Part shown: in pieces, positions 55,133 through 64,000 of the stretch
Layout of the letters: each line of letters begins with the position of its first letter
Numbering within the stretch: the first letter of the stretch is position 1
Virus record (IMG/VR): IMGVR_UViG_3300017917_002349
Coordinates: 97,939-161,938 of that record
Direction: 5' to 3' (one strand)
From: a virus
Length of the DNA stretch: 64,000 nt
Program-made: the position numbers and the translations under genes
The notes under the pieces: model-generated
Databases searched by the model: none
Told to the model about the DNA's origin: nothing
Seen by the model: only the letters and a program-made list of their open reading frames with translations

Positions 55133-56343
55133 GAGCATTTGAGTTTCTAAATGAAAAATGGAGCAACAAATACAAACGCTCTATAAACTGTTCTAATCCT
55201 AAAGGCTTTAGTCAAAAGGCACACTGTGCTGGCCGTAAGAAAAATGAAAGCATCAACGAGGATGAGACTGCTGCTCCTAAAAAAGTAGGCAGAGAATTTA
55301 ATCATCTAGAGGATTTAGTGTTCACAGAACCCAAGGGTGCGATAAAAGCGGTCAGTGTGCTGAAATCTATGAGCCAAGATTCTTCGGATGTTGCTATTAA
55401 ATGGGACGGTAATCCTACAGTATATTGGGGTAGAGATGAAGACGGTACCTTCCGTATGGTAGGTAAGAACAACTGGGGCAGAGAAGAAGGCAAATCATCG
55501 AGTCCGGACGAACTCAAAGATTTTATCAACAGCAGAGGTAAAGGTGAAAAATGGCGTGCTAAATTTGCCGGAGATATGGCAGCTATGTGGCCCATATTCG
55601 AACGTGCTACACCTGCTGATTTCAGAGGCTACGTCTATGGTGATATATTATTCCATCCAGGAAAACCTTATCAAGGGGCTGATGGCAGAATTACATTTAC
55701 CCCTAACCAGACCACCTATTCAGTAAACGGCGGTTCAGAAGTAGGAAGAAAAATTTCCAAGGCCAAGATAGCTGTGGCTGCTCATCAACAATACGGATTC
55801 TTTGGTGATAAGAACGGAGAACCTTTTGAGAATCCGGAAGTATTTTCAAGCAATCCACAACTAGCAGTTTTTGGACAGACCTATGTCAGTCATAGACCTG
55901 CAGTTAACGCAGATAATCTAGGCAATATAGAAAAAATTGCCAACAAGAGTTCTGCTAAAATTGATCAATTCCTTACACCTATTCCTGGATTAAGTGATCT
56001 ACAATCAATCATCTATACCTATGTTAATAATAGAGCCAGAGAAAAGGCACTGGATAACATAGACGGCGACGATTTTTTCAATTGGCTGAAAACCAGCAAG
56101 GTCAGCACAGGCAAACAACAAAAGATTACTACTCACCCTCACATAGAAGCCATAGGAGATCTATTCTATCTAGTTAAAGAACTAATGAAAGCTAAAAATG
56201 AAGTGATAGCAGAACTGGATCGAGCCGAGGGAGATATCACAGCATCAACAGGAGGTAAACCCGGCGGTGAAGGATACGTCAAGGGCAAGGATTCTGTTAA
56301 ACTTGTCCCCAGAGACCGTTGGACTCCATATAGAGCCGATTAA
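55129..56343 (+). CDS. ligase-like covalent nucleotidyltransferase-fold protein
   Basis: IKWDG (KxDG), YGD, EGYV, VKLV. Confidence 0.55.
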   Translation: MRAFEFLNEKWSNKYKRSINCSNPKGFSQKAHCAGRKKNESINEDETAAPKKVGREFNHLEDLVFTEPKGAIKAVSVLKSMSQDSSDVAIKWDGNPTVYWGRDEDGTFRMVGKNNWGREEGKSSSPDELKDFINSRGKGEKWRAKFAGDMAAMWPIFERATPADFRGYVYGDILFHPGKPYQGADGRITFTPNQTTYSVNGGSEVGRKISKAKIAVAAHQQYGFFGDKNGEPFENPEVFSSNPQLAVFGQTYVSHRPAVNADNLGNIEKIANKSSAKIDQFLTPIPGLSDLQSIIYTYVNNRAREKALDNIDGDDFFNWLKTSKVSTGKQQKITTHPHIEAIGDLFYLVKELMKAKNEVIAELDRAEGDITASTGGKPGGEGYVKGKDSVKLVPRDRWTPYRAD

Positions 56344-56430
56344 AGCGCCTATAAGCCTATTTTTCTCCAAAATCAATAAATAAGTATGCCAGTCCCGGAG
56401 CGGGACTATAGATAAAGAGGAGAAAATATC

Positions 56431-56853
56431 ATGGCAGCATATACAAGAGTAAACCCAAATCCAACTACTACAGTTGACGTCCTATACGATACCCTACAAG
56501 TTCGTGCATGGAGAATCGAAGCCCCAGGCGTAGACCTAGAGTCAGCAACTATTGGCGGCAAAATGGAGCGTCTTGCTCAAGAGTTCGGCACTACTGGTGC
56601 AATCATTGAATACGACGCAGACACATTTGTTCTTATCGGCGATAGCCACGCCCTAAACAGCAATATTATCGCTCGTCGTGCAGACAAAGTCTTAGGTGGC
56701 ACAGGCGCACTAGTGAACTATATCGCAGAAAATGGTAACCTAAACACAGTTGGTTCTGGTTCCGCAGTAGCAGGTACAGTGGCAGCACCAGTAACAACAG
56801 CTATTGTTGAAGTTGGTTCCGTAACAACACTATTTGGTTTAAGCTCAACCTAA
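56431..56853 (+). CDS. putative virion protein
   Basis: Late promoter, 5' hairpin 56391-56407, strong RBS, own terminator. Confidence 0.7.
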   Translation: MAAYTRVNPNPTTTVDVLYDTLQVRAWRIEAPGVDLESATIGGKMERLAQEFGTTGAIIEYDADTFVLIGDSHALNSNIIARRADKVLGGTGALVNYIAENGNLNTVGSGSAVAGTVAAPVTTAIVEVGSVTTLFGLSST

Positions 56854-56879
56854 TAGAGTATTTCCTAGGGATGGGAAGG

Positions 56880-56907
56880 AAGAGCGGATTTATTCCGCTC
56901 TTTTTTT
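56880..56907 (+). terminator. intrinsic terminator
   Basis: AAGAGCGGA/TCCGCTCTT stem plus T-run. Confidence 0.85.
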
Positions 56908-56930
56908 GTCTGTGTAAATAGTAGCATATT

Positions 56931-57326
56931 ATGCCACGATACCAAATTATCACCCTAGTCGACATAACACGTAGCCAAGCTCATCGGTCAGAGACTGATA
57001 GAATCAAAGTTGGACAACAGGCTAATTTTAATTCTCTGATACAAGCCATAGGAATAAGATCTAATCCTACCTGGACTAAAGATCCTACGTTAAACACAGG
57101 TAGACTACCAGAACCCCATACGGGTAAATGCCATCATTGGATTTGGGATTTTGACATCGAACAAGAGCAGATATATCTCAAAGGATCAGACCCTGTGGGA
57201 CTTTTACTAGAAGATCTACACAATATTCCTATAGTTCCTAACCTGTTGAATACCGCAGATATCCATCCTGCAGTTTTTCAAACCACAGGCCCTGACCCAA
57301 ATACCTGGGTCACAATAATCTCGTAG
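56931..57326 (+). CDS. hypothetical late protein
   Basis: TLVDIT...QQANF. Confidence 0.75.
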   Translation: MPRYQIITLVDITRSQAHRSETDRIKVGQQANFNSLIQAIGIRSNPTWTKDPTLNTGRLPEPHTGKCHHWIWDFDIEQEQIYLKGSDPVGLLLEDLHNIPIVPNLLNTADIHPAVFQTTGPDPNTWVTIIS

Positions 57327-57376
57327 TTAAATTTGCTGCTTTCTACTATTAAATATTGTATTAAGAGGCATTTAAA

Positions 57377-57691
57377 ATGGAATTTATAATCACAACACTT
57401 AGGCAAATAAAAATTTGGATTTGGCTGGCCGCAATATTGCCAATGGTATCTCTTGCTGGCTTATTTTTAGTATGGCAGTATTTTGATAATACATTTGTCA
57501 GCGGTCTCATAATCAGCGGAGAAATTATCATTTGTACGCTGGCAATCGTTTGGTGGTGGTGGGCAATGTATACGATGAGGAACCTTGTGAGGCAGTGGGA
57601 CAAGACCAACATCAAAGTTTCTGAAGTCCTAGATGAAATCAAAGGTATAAGGGTTTCTGTCCGAGAGGTTTTTCACACAGATGATAAATAA
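57377..57691 (+). CDS. membrane protein
   Basis: Two TM segments and a coiled C-terminus. Confidence 0.65.
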   Translation: MEFIITTLRQIKIWIWLAAILPMVSLAGLFLVWQYFDNTFVSGLIISGEIIICTLAIVWWWWAMYTMRNLVRQWDKTNIKVSEVLDEIKGIRVSVREVFHTDDK

Positions 57692-57754
57692 AGTATCAGG
57701 CAAACACTAGGCATAATTTAGGCATCCAAACTTATTTTTTGGAGATTCATACCT

Positions 57755-58000
57755 ATGTCTGATCTAGCACAGACCACTGCATTAGAAAAAACCAGTTTAG
57801 AAGCACACGTTGATCTGTGTGCCATGCGCTATCTGCAATTAGATACGAGGTTATCCAACCTCGAAGGCAAAGTTAGCAACATTCATAGCGATATAGTAGA
57901 AGGCCAGAAGTCGATGACCAAAGTTATTATTGGTACGGCCGGTACAGTTATTGCAGGTGTTTTGGGAATTATAATTACTATCCTTATGAAAATGGGATAA
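57755..58000 (+). CDS. coiled-coil protein with C-terminal TM segment
   Basis: LEAHVDLCA.RY; hydrophobic tail. Confidence 0.7.
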   Translation: MSDLAQTTALEKTSLEAHVDLCAMRYLQLDTRLSNLEGKVSNIHSDIVEGQKSMTKVIIGTAGTVIAGVLGIIITILMKMG

Positions 58001-58052
58001 TTTTCATTCATTAAACACACACATTAAATAAAGGACCATAGGTCCTTTTTTT

Positions 58053-58472
58053 ATGACACAACTTTCTAAGAAATTAGAATCACTGATCAAAAACAGCAAA
58101 GAAACTCTACCGGTCAAAACCGATGAGGGGATTCTTGTAGGTACTGTGTTGATAGTCAGTCGCGGCACTTTAAAAGACCTATATGTTAATCAACACTGTA
58201 TCTATAAAGATGTCAGTCTCAACAAGGTAGCGATAAAATTGGCCAATATGTTATTTAGAAATGGTCAATCTTATCAAACTGATAAGATTTTTAGGGCTGA
58301 TCAAGAATATGGTCGCTGGTTCGCAGACAGCCAATTGTTACGAAATCAATATCAGAGAGCTGTAAATACTGGCAACTTTGAAAAATCCGATACTCTGTGG
58401 GCAAGATACTGTGAAAGCAGGAACAGAACCGCAGCAGCTAAAACTCTAGCAGAATTTTTAGCGAACGATTGA
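58053..58472 (+). CDS. hypothetical protein
   Basis: 139-aa ORF. Confidence 0.7.
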   Translation: MTQLSKKLESLIKNSKETLPVKTDEGILVGTVLIVSRGTLKDLYVNQHCIYKDVSLNKVAIKLANMLFRNGQSYQTDKIFRADQEYGRWFADSQLLRNQYQRAVNTGNFEKSDTLWARYCESRNRTAAAKTLAEFLAND

Positions 58473-58504
58473 ATAAATATAGTATCAATCTGGACCCTTT
58501 TATT

Positions 58505-59455
58505 ATGAAAACCACTGACTTATTTGCAAACAACAGATCTTCCAAAAAGCTCAATGAATCACTTCACAAGGCTTTCGGTAAAAGCATCGATTTAGAAAAA
58601 TTTACCACTGAGCAGTTAGAAGATGCCAGAAACAAACTACGTACACAGATTCACGATGTCCGTTCTAACAGCAGTTTCAACGAAACCGTGGAAAACGAAG
58701 CATTAACACAAGCACAGTGGATGTTAGATGCCATTGTCGCAGAACTTGGAGAACGCCAAGAATTTATCGTAGATAAAACAGGCGAACAGGTTGACGAGGT
58801 AGCTCCTCCGGGTGACAAGGCTGAGCGTATGGTCAAGCACATCAAAAAGGGCTATGCCAAAGACGGAAAACTTACAGATAAAGAACGCTCTATCGCTTAT
58901 GCAACAGCATGGAAGCAACACAACAATGATAAAAACGAATCAGTCGAAACAGGAGAAGAAATGACTAAAGTAACAGAAGGCGAGATCCAGCAAGCATCTG
59001 CGATCGTAACCGCTAAGACAATGGTAGACAGAGTAGGTCGTTGGATTGAAGAACTCAGCGGAATGGAGAATGACACACTCCTACAGTTAGGAGATTCTAT
59101 CCGTGACGAGATGGGTTCAGAACAAGCCAAAAATTTTATTTCTGCAGTGGCTCCTGCCATACAACAGGCCTTAGAAAATCTAAAGACAACCCGTGAAACA
59201 TTAGCCACAGGGGTTCGTACACTGACCGGCGAAGAACAAGGCGCGGAAATGCTAGGTTCTGAACCAGGTGCAGAAGGTGAAATGGGTGCCACAGAACCAG
59301 ATGCGATGAACGCTGAACCGGTCGCTGCGGCCGAAGAACCAACCGACGATTTCGCTGCGGCAGAACCAGCTGCTGGCGGAATGAGTGATGCCGGTAGAGA
59401 ACAGCGCGAAAGTATTCAATTTGAAAATCGTTTATTAAAAGTTCTAGCAGGATGA
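58505..59455 (+). CDS. acidic late protein (possible prohead core/scaffold component)
   Basis: Start corrected to MKTTDLF; helical, acidic, several LxE/xNE sites. Confidence 0.6.
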   Translation: MKTTDLFANNRSSKKLNESLHKAFGKSIDLEKFTTEQLEDARNKLRTQIHDVRSNSSFNETVENEALTQAQWMLDAIVAELGERQEFIVDKTGEQVDEVAPPGDKAERMVKHIKKGYAKDGKLTDKERSIAYATAWKQHNNDKNESVETGEEMTKVTEGEIQQASAIVTAKTMVDRVGRWIEELSGMENDTLLQLGDSIRDEMGSEQAKNFISAVAPAIQQALENLKTTRETLATGVRTLTGEEQGAEMLGSEPGAEGEMGATEPDAMNAEPVAAAEEPTDDFAAAEPAAGGMSDAGREQRESIQFENRLLKVLAG

Positions 59456-59715
59456 GATTTCAAGACGTTGCCTATGAGGGCGATTTTTTGAGAATCAAAG
59501 AATTAGCCCCAGCTGTATCCACTCCTGCTCCAGGAGCATCACCTGCACCTGCCGGAACTCCCCCTTCCGGCCTTGCTACTGGACAGATGGATCCTGCACA
59601 GGCAGCCAAGGCAGCAAAAGATAGAGCAGATCAAAAAAAACAACTTCAAGATCAGATCAAACAACTTGAACAACAGCTAGCAGATGCTAGAAAACAATTA
59701 GCGAGTCTAGGATGA
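59452..59715 (+). CDS. hypothetical late protein
   Basis: Pro/Ala linker plus coiled coil. Confidence 0.7.
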   Translation: MRFQDVAYEGDFLRIKELAPAVSTPAPGASPAPAGTPPSGLATGQMDPAQAAKAAKDRADQKKQLQDQIKQLEQQLADARKQLASLG

Positions 59716-60086
59716 GATTTTTTGAATTTGCCGGAGACGGCGACACTGGCGATAAATTTGTTATGGTTCTAAGAAACTATATTGGTCGAGCTGCCAGCAA
59801 GAAATCTTCTGCTAAATTAAATTGGAATGGGTTAAATCAAGTTTTGAAAACCAACGGTTTTGAACTCACTGCTGACTATGAAACTTTTAAGGCCATGTAT
59901 GATTCCAATCCGGCTATACAGACTATGGTCAAGAATTTCAATGCTGACGGTATTGAATTAAATGTTCCAGGCGCCCCAGACGAAGAGCCTAAGGGCGACG
60001 GCACACAAACTCCGCAAGACAGTCAAGCTGCTGTAGATCAAATCGCTGCATCAGCTGCACCACAACAATTGGCTGCCCAGGCTTGA
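59712..60086 (+). CDS. hypothetical late protein
   Basis: MRFFEF leader. Confidence 0.7.
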   Translation: MRFFEFAGDGDTGDKFVMVLRNYIGRAASKKSSAKLNWNGLNQVLKTNGFELTADYETFKAMYDSNPAIQTMVKNFNADGIELNVPGAPDEEPKGDGTQTPQDSQAAVDQIAASAAPQQLAAQA

Positions 60087-60111
60087 CAATCTAAAAATTC
60101 TGTAGTAATAT
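60083..60111 (+). promoter_or_regulatory. sigma70 promoter for the exonuclease
   Basis: TTGACA-17-TAATAT. Confidence 0.65.
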
Positions 60112-60118
60112 ATACAGA

Positions 60119-60820
60119 ATGACCAATCAATTTACTCCTCCCCCGTTCGTAGAAAAATTCCAATATAAAAATTGTCAACAGATCAATGATCCTGTAACTC
60201 GTAAACGAGTCTACCTCACTCCGGATGGCGAAAGTCTGCCGTCCGTGACGACTATCCTTGGTGCTACCAAGGACATGACTCATCTAAACGAATGGAAGAA
60301 ACGCATAGGCGAAGAAAAGGCCAAACAGATCACTACAGAAGCTGCAGGTGTAGGTACAGCCATGCATGCCAATCTAGAAAGATTTATTGCGGGAATTCCT
60401 AGACAGCCCGGAAACAATCCTGTGCATGTGCAGGCTAACAAAATGGCTGACGAAATTATAATAAACGGATTGTCACAGGTTAATGAAGTCTGGGCCATGG
60501 AGCAGAGTCTGTACTTCCCAGGACTTTATTCAGGAACTACCGATCTGGTAGCTGTGTATAAAGGAAATCCTTCAGTCTGTGACTATAAACAAACCAATAA
60601 ACCCAAAAAAGAAGAATGGGTTGAAGACTATAAAATTCAGCTGATAGCCTATATATTAGCACATAATGAAGTCTACGGCACAGACATCCGCGAAGGGCAT
60701 GTGTTTATGTGTAGTCGTAACTGTGAATATCAGCAGTTTGATCTATGGCCCGCAGATTTCAACAAGTATCAAGATCTGTGGTTGGGTAAGGTCGAAGAAT
60801 ACTATGTCAGTCTAAGATAA
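60119..60820 (+). CDS. PD-(D/E)XK exonuclease
   Basis: LPSVTTIL, GTAMH, E, GTTD, DYKQ, QLIAY. Confidence 0.85.
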   Translation: MTNQFTPPPFVEKFQYKNCQQINDPVTRKRVYLTPDGESLPSVTTILGATKDMTHLNEWKKRIGEEKAKQITTEAAGVGTAMHANLERFIAGIPRQPGNNPVHVQANKMADEIIINGLSQVNEVWAMEQSLYFPGLYSGTTDLVAVYKGNPSVCDYKQTNKPKKEEWVEDYKIQLIAYILAHNEVYGTDIREGHVFMCSRNCEYQQFDLWPADFNKYQDLWLGKVEEYYVSLR

Positions 60821-60844
60821 ATACCCTATAACGGGAATTCATCT

Positions 60845-62434
60845 ATGGCTGTCGTTCAGATATCGAAAATACAGGTCCGCAGAGGACAAAAACTATCTGG
60901 TATTGGAATACCACAATTAAGCTCAGCAGAATTCGCCTGGGCAGTTGATACTCAAGAATTATACATTGGTAACGGTTCGGTAGCTGAGGGCGCACCTTAT
61001 GTGGGTAATACCAAGGTTCTTACTGAACACGATAATATTCTTGAACTAGCATCTAGTTATAGATTTGCCAGCGTTGACCCTAGCATTACACTAAGTCTTC
61101 CTCGTAGTCTGCAGAGCAAACTAGATGAATATGTTAGTGTTTTAGATTTCGGTGCAGTTCCAGACGGATCAACTGATTGTTTATCTAGTTTTCAAAATGC
61201 ACTAAATCAACTTTTTAGGAACCCCGACGAAAAATTTAAAAAAACTCTGTTGATACCCAACGGAACTTATCTTCTCACTGGAAACCTCAATGTTCCCAGC
61301 ACCGCTAAAATCAAGGGAGAAACGAGAGACGGAGCCATTCTAGAAATCGGCGATAACAACATCTTGTTTATTACTGAAGATGGCGAAGGTGTTGCTAATT
61401 TTACCAGCAGTAACAGACCACAGAACATTTCTATAGCAGATCTAACAGTTAATCATAATCTAGGTCAGTTGGTATTAACTGGTGTAGCCAATAGCAGTAT
61501 TTCTGGTGTGAAATTTAAATCAGCGTATGTACTAGGAGATTCGATAGGATCAGTTGAATCTCATCCTGCATCTATATTCTGGGAAAATTCATTACCAGGC
61601 ACTAAAGTAACCGATATCCGTATCGAGGATTGTCTATTTGAAAGCACAGCATTAGGCATTAGAAGTGACCAAATAACTGTAGATTCTAGCTCACCACCTA
61701 ATTTTGAAACTCACATCGATATAGTGAACTGTAAGTTCTATGTCTGTGATAGTGCTATCGTGATTAATGGTATTCTAGCTCAAGGTAATAAATGGCATGT
61801 TGACCATTGCCATTTTGAGGAAATTTCTCGCTATGCATTTAAGGCATCGTATGGTAGAGGAACTTTGATCAGATATTGTACACTAACCAATTGTGGTAAT
61901 CTAACCAACACAGCAGCCTATCCAGTAAACGAAATGATCTATTTTGGTGAAAGTGAAGGCAATAGAGTTATCGAGTGTTCAACAAATAGACATCAGTCAG
62001 GCGGTATTGTATCAGTAAGTACCGTAGACGCCAAGGTAGAAGTTTATAATTCTAGCCTAACATCTTTAAATGATCAATATTATACTGATATATTCTTATC
62101 CGATTCATTCAGACCCTTAGCAGTATTATCGGCCTTTAATAGGTTCACTTACATTGATTATACTCTAAGATTGAATAATCATGTTAGAGCAGGTAGGATA
62201 GTTATCATGGTTGATTCTACCCTAGGCGAGATTAGTTTTGCTGATAACTATACCTATTCTACACCTTTCGTAACATCCCCAGGAGGAGTTCTTATGACTA
62301 GTTTTCAATTCAAAGCAGAGCTGAAAGACAACGATCTTGACAGCGGTATCGAAACAATATTATTGTCCTATGAGAACCCTATCAGTACTGGTGCTACCGG
62401 AACTATTTCTTATTCAGTGACCTACGGTGTTTGA
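60845..62434 (+). CDS. virion structural protein with pectate-lyase-like beta-helix
   Basis: MAVVQISKIQVRRG, SVLDFGAVPDGSTD, IPNGTY. Confidence 0.7.
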   Translation: MAVVQISKIQVRRGQKLSGIGIPQLSSAEFAWAVDTQELYIGNGSVAEGAPYVGNTKVLTEHDNILELASSYRFASVDPSITLSLPRSLQSKLDEYVSVLDFGAVPDGSTDCLSSFQNALNQLFRNPDEKFKKTLLIPNGTYLLTGNLNVPSTAKIKGETRDGAILEIGDNNILFITEDGEGVANFTSSNRPQNISIADLTVNHNLGQLVLTGVANSSISGVKFKSAYVLGDSIGSVESHPASIFWENSLPGTKVTDIRIEDCLFESTALGIRSDQITVDSSSPPNFETHIDIVNCKFYVCDSAIVINGILAQGNKWHVDHCHFEEISRYAFKASYGRGTLIRYCTLTNCGNLTNTAAYPVNEMIYFGESEGNRVIECSTNRHQSGGIVSVSTVDAKVEVYNSSLTSLNDQYYTDIFLSDSFRPLAVLSAFNRFTYIDYTLRLNNHVRAGRIVIMVDSTLGEISFADNYTYSTPFVTSPGGVLMTSFQFKAELKDNDLDSGIETILLSYENPISTGATGTISYSVTYGV

Positions 62435-62849
62435 TCTCTATGGTAATCATAGATTAATCAAATGGAAGCAAATAAGAAATGAAATTGAAACGGTCCACGA
62501 TCCTTTAACGGTCGTGGCCGAACTCTGGGCTCGCGCACCTTTGGTTAATCCTTTCATCGATCCTTCGAATGTAAATTCGTGGCCAGATCCTTGGCATTTG
62601 ATATTGGATGACAGATATGACGACCTTGCAGTTGTCATAGGAATGCTGTATACTATCAAATTAACACAGCGGTTTATAGACAGCTATTGCGAGATACATA
62701 TGTCTGTAGGCGATAAAAAATCAGAACCGGAATTCTTTTTAGTCGTGAATAATAGCATGGCATTGAATGTAGAGCCGAGAAAGGCCGTGAGCGTTGACCA
62801 ATTAAAACACGAATCTAAGATAATTTGGTCCGGAAAAACTATACAATAA
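62427..62849 (+). CDS. hypothetical protein
   Basis: WPDPWHLI motif. Confidence 0.7.
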   Translation: MFDLYGNHRLIKWKQIRNEIETVHDPLTVVAELWARAPLVNPFIDPSNVNSWPDPWHLILDDRYDDLAVVIGMLYTIKLTQRFIDSYCEIHMSVGDKKSEPEFFLVVNNSMALNVEPRKAVSVDQLKHESKIIWSGKTIQ

Positions 62850-62871
62850 ATATCAGACCAAGGTAGATAAC

Positions 62872-64000
62872 ATGAGCATAACAGTAATTAAAAGAAACGG
62901 AACGAAAGAACTATTAACGATTGAAAAATGGCAGGCACAGGTAAACAAGGTCTGTAAAGGTATAGCTGATGTAAGTCAGAGCATGATTGAAATTAAGGCA
63001 CAGGTAAATTTCTACGATGGCATCACTACAAAAGAAATTGACGAAATCACTTTACGTGCTATCGTAGATCTGATTGATGTAGAACATAATCCAGATGTTG
63101 GTCATACCAACTACCAATATGTAGCAGGCAAACAACGTTTGTCGATGCTGCGCAAAGATGTATATGGCAGCTACGAACCTCCCCACCTATACGAGATAAT
63201 TAAAAAGAATGTTTCGGTAGGACTGTATACTCCCGAATTACTAGAATGGTATACTGAAGATGATTGGAATCGAATGGACACCATCATCGATCATTCTAAA
63301 GACGAAGACTATTCCTATGCTGCCATAGAGCAGCTGATCGAAAAGTATTTGGTACGTAATCGTGCCACAAAGGAAATCTATGAAACACCACAGGTTAGAT
63401 ATATGGTGGCCGCAGCTACAGTCTTTCATCAAGAAGAACCTAATACAGCACGTATGCGATACATTAAAGAATACTACAATGCCGCATCTGATGGGTTATT
63501 CACTCTTGCTACTCCTGTATTGGCTGGCCTCGGGACTCCTACTAAACAATTTTCTAGTTGCGTCCTTATTCGCAGCGATGATGATCTTGATAGCATTTTT
63601 GCCAGCGGAGAAATGATGGCCAAGTATGCCAGCAAACGTGCCGGCATTGGTTTAGAAATTGGACGACTAAGAAGTCTCGGTAGTCCCATTCGTGGTGGCG
63701 AAATCATGCACACAGGCATGATACCTTTTTTGAAGAAGTGGTTTGGTGATTTACGTTCATGTTCCCAAGGTGGCATTAGAAATGCTAGTGCTACAGTATT
63801 CTATCCTATTTGGCATCATCAGTTTGACGATCTCATTGTTCTTAAGAACAATCAAGGAACTGAAGAAACTCGTGTTAGACATATGGACTACGGAGTTGTC
63901 TTATCAGCGTTCTTTTGGCGTCGTTTTAAAAACAAAGAAAATATTACTTTCTTTGATCCTAACGAAGTACCTGATCTTTACGAAGCCTTCTATAAGAATA
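62872..64000 (+). CDS. nrdA: ribonucleoside-diphosphate reductase class Ia alpha subunit (partial)
   Basis: Not in the ORF track. MSITVIKRNG ATP-cone, ETPQ, TPVLAGLGTPTKQFSSCVL, AGIG, CSQGGIR, LKNNQGTEETRVRHMDY. Confidence 0.95.
   Translation, partial: MSITVIKRNGTKELLTIEKWQAQVNKVCKGIADVSQSMIEIKAQVNFYDGITTKEIDEITLRAIVDLIDVEHNPDVGHTNYQYVAGKQRLSMLRKDVYGSYEPPHLYEIIKKNVSVGLYTPELLEWYTEDDWNRMDTIIDHSKDEDYSYAAIEQLIEKYLVRNRATKEIYETPQVRYMVAAATVFHQEEPNTARMRYIKEYYNAASDGLFTLATPVLAGLGTPTKQFSSCVLIRSDDDLDSIFASGEMMAKYASKRAGIGLEIGRLRSLGSPIRGGEIMHTGMIPFLKKWFGDLRSCSQGGIRNASATVFYPIWHHQFDDLIVLKNNQGTEETRVRHMDYGVVLSAFFWRRFKNKENITFFDPNEVPDLYEAFYKN

Larger units (their letters stand above)
39807..62852 (+). promoter_or_regulatory. 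T4-type late promoter-like ATAAATA boxes
   Basis: ATAAATA directly upstream of genes at 39807, 43840, 44683, 47437, 50184, 50902, 56376, 57684, 58473, 60817, 62846, with no -35 box. Confidence 0.75.

Noticed and set aside
56391-56877. GGA-loop hairpins flanking the 140-aa late gene as CsrA/RsmA sites
   Set aside because: Only two short hairpins, equally explained as mRNA-stabilising stems; insufficient support
1-64000. Stop-codon reassignment, as in some jumbo phages
   Set aside because: Conserved genes are full length in the standard code, TAA, TGA and TAG all end genes, and no suppressor tRNA was seen

Overview
This is a 64-kb segment of a large lytic, T4-like/jumbo tailed-phage genome. 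No rRNA, integrase or CRISPR array was seen. Layout: (i) 1-6.1 kb is a cluster of modification enzymes (SGNH-like, three 2OG-Fe(II) oxygenases, sulfotransferase-like, cupin, ferritin-like, methyltransferase) plus tRNA-Ile. (ii) 6.9-23.1 kb is a leftward early region of about 45 small genes and a MoxR-AAA/VWA pair, driven by about 23 near-consensus sigma70 promoters (TTGACA-17-TATAAT) with a shared extended Shine-Dalgarno (AGGAGCGA), and followed by three more tRNAs. (iii) 22.1-23.7 kb is a mostly non-coding strand-switch zone with phased DnaA-box-like arrays and oriented repeats, a candidate origin. (iv) 23.7-64 kb carries DNA ligase, TraR/DksA, a ParB-like/GIY-YIG/FkbM block, clpP, an ADP-heptose operon, hemA, a PlcP/Agt-like lipid-remodelling pair, aceA, a desaturase, phasin-like genes, many late (ATAAATA-promoter) virion/internal proteins, an exonuclease and the start of nrdA. 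The most novel signal is at the RNA level. The 3' UTRs of early transcripts carry sequences complementary to early ribosome-binding sites: a perfect 12-bp RBS/stop-codon inverted repeat around the MoxR gene, and loop-displayed UUCGCUCC elements before two terminators. This suggests an undescribed anti-Shine-Dalgarno shut-off system. All protein calls come from visual motif recognition, not database searches.
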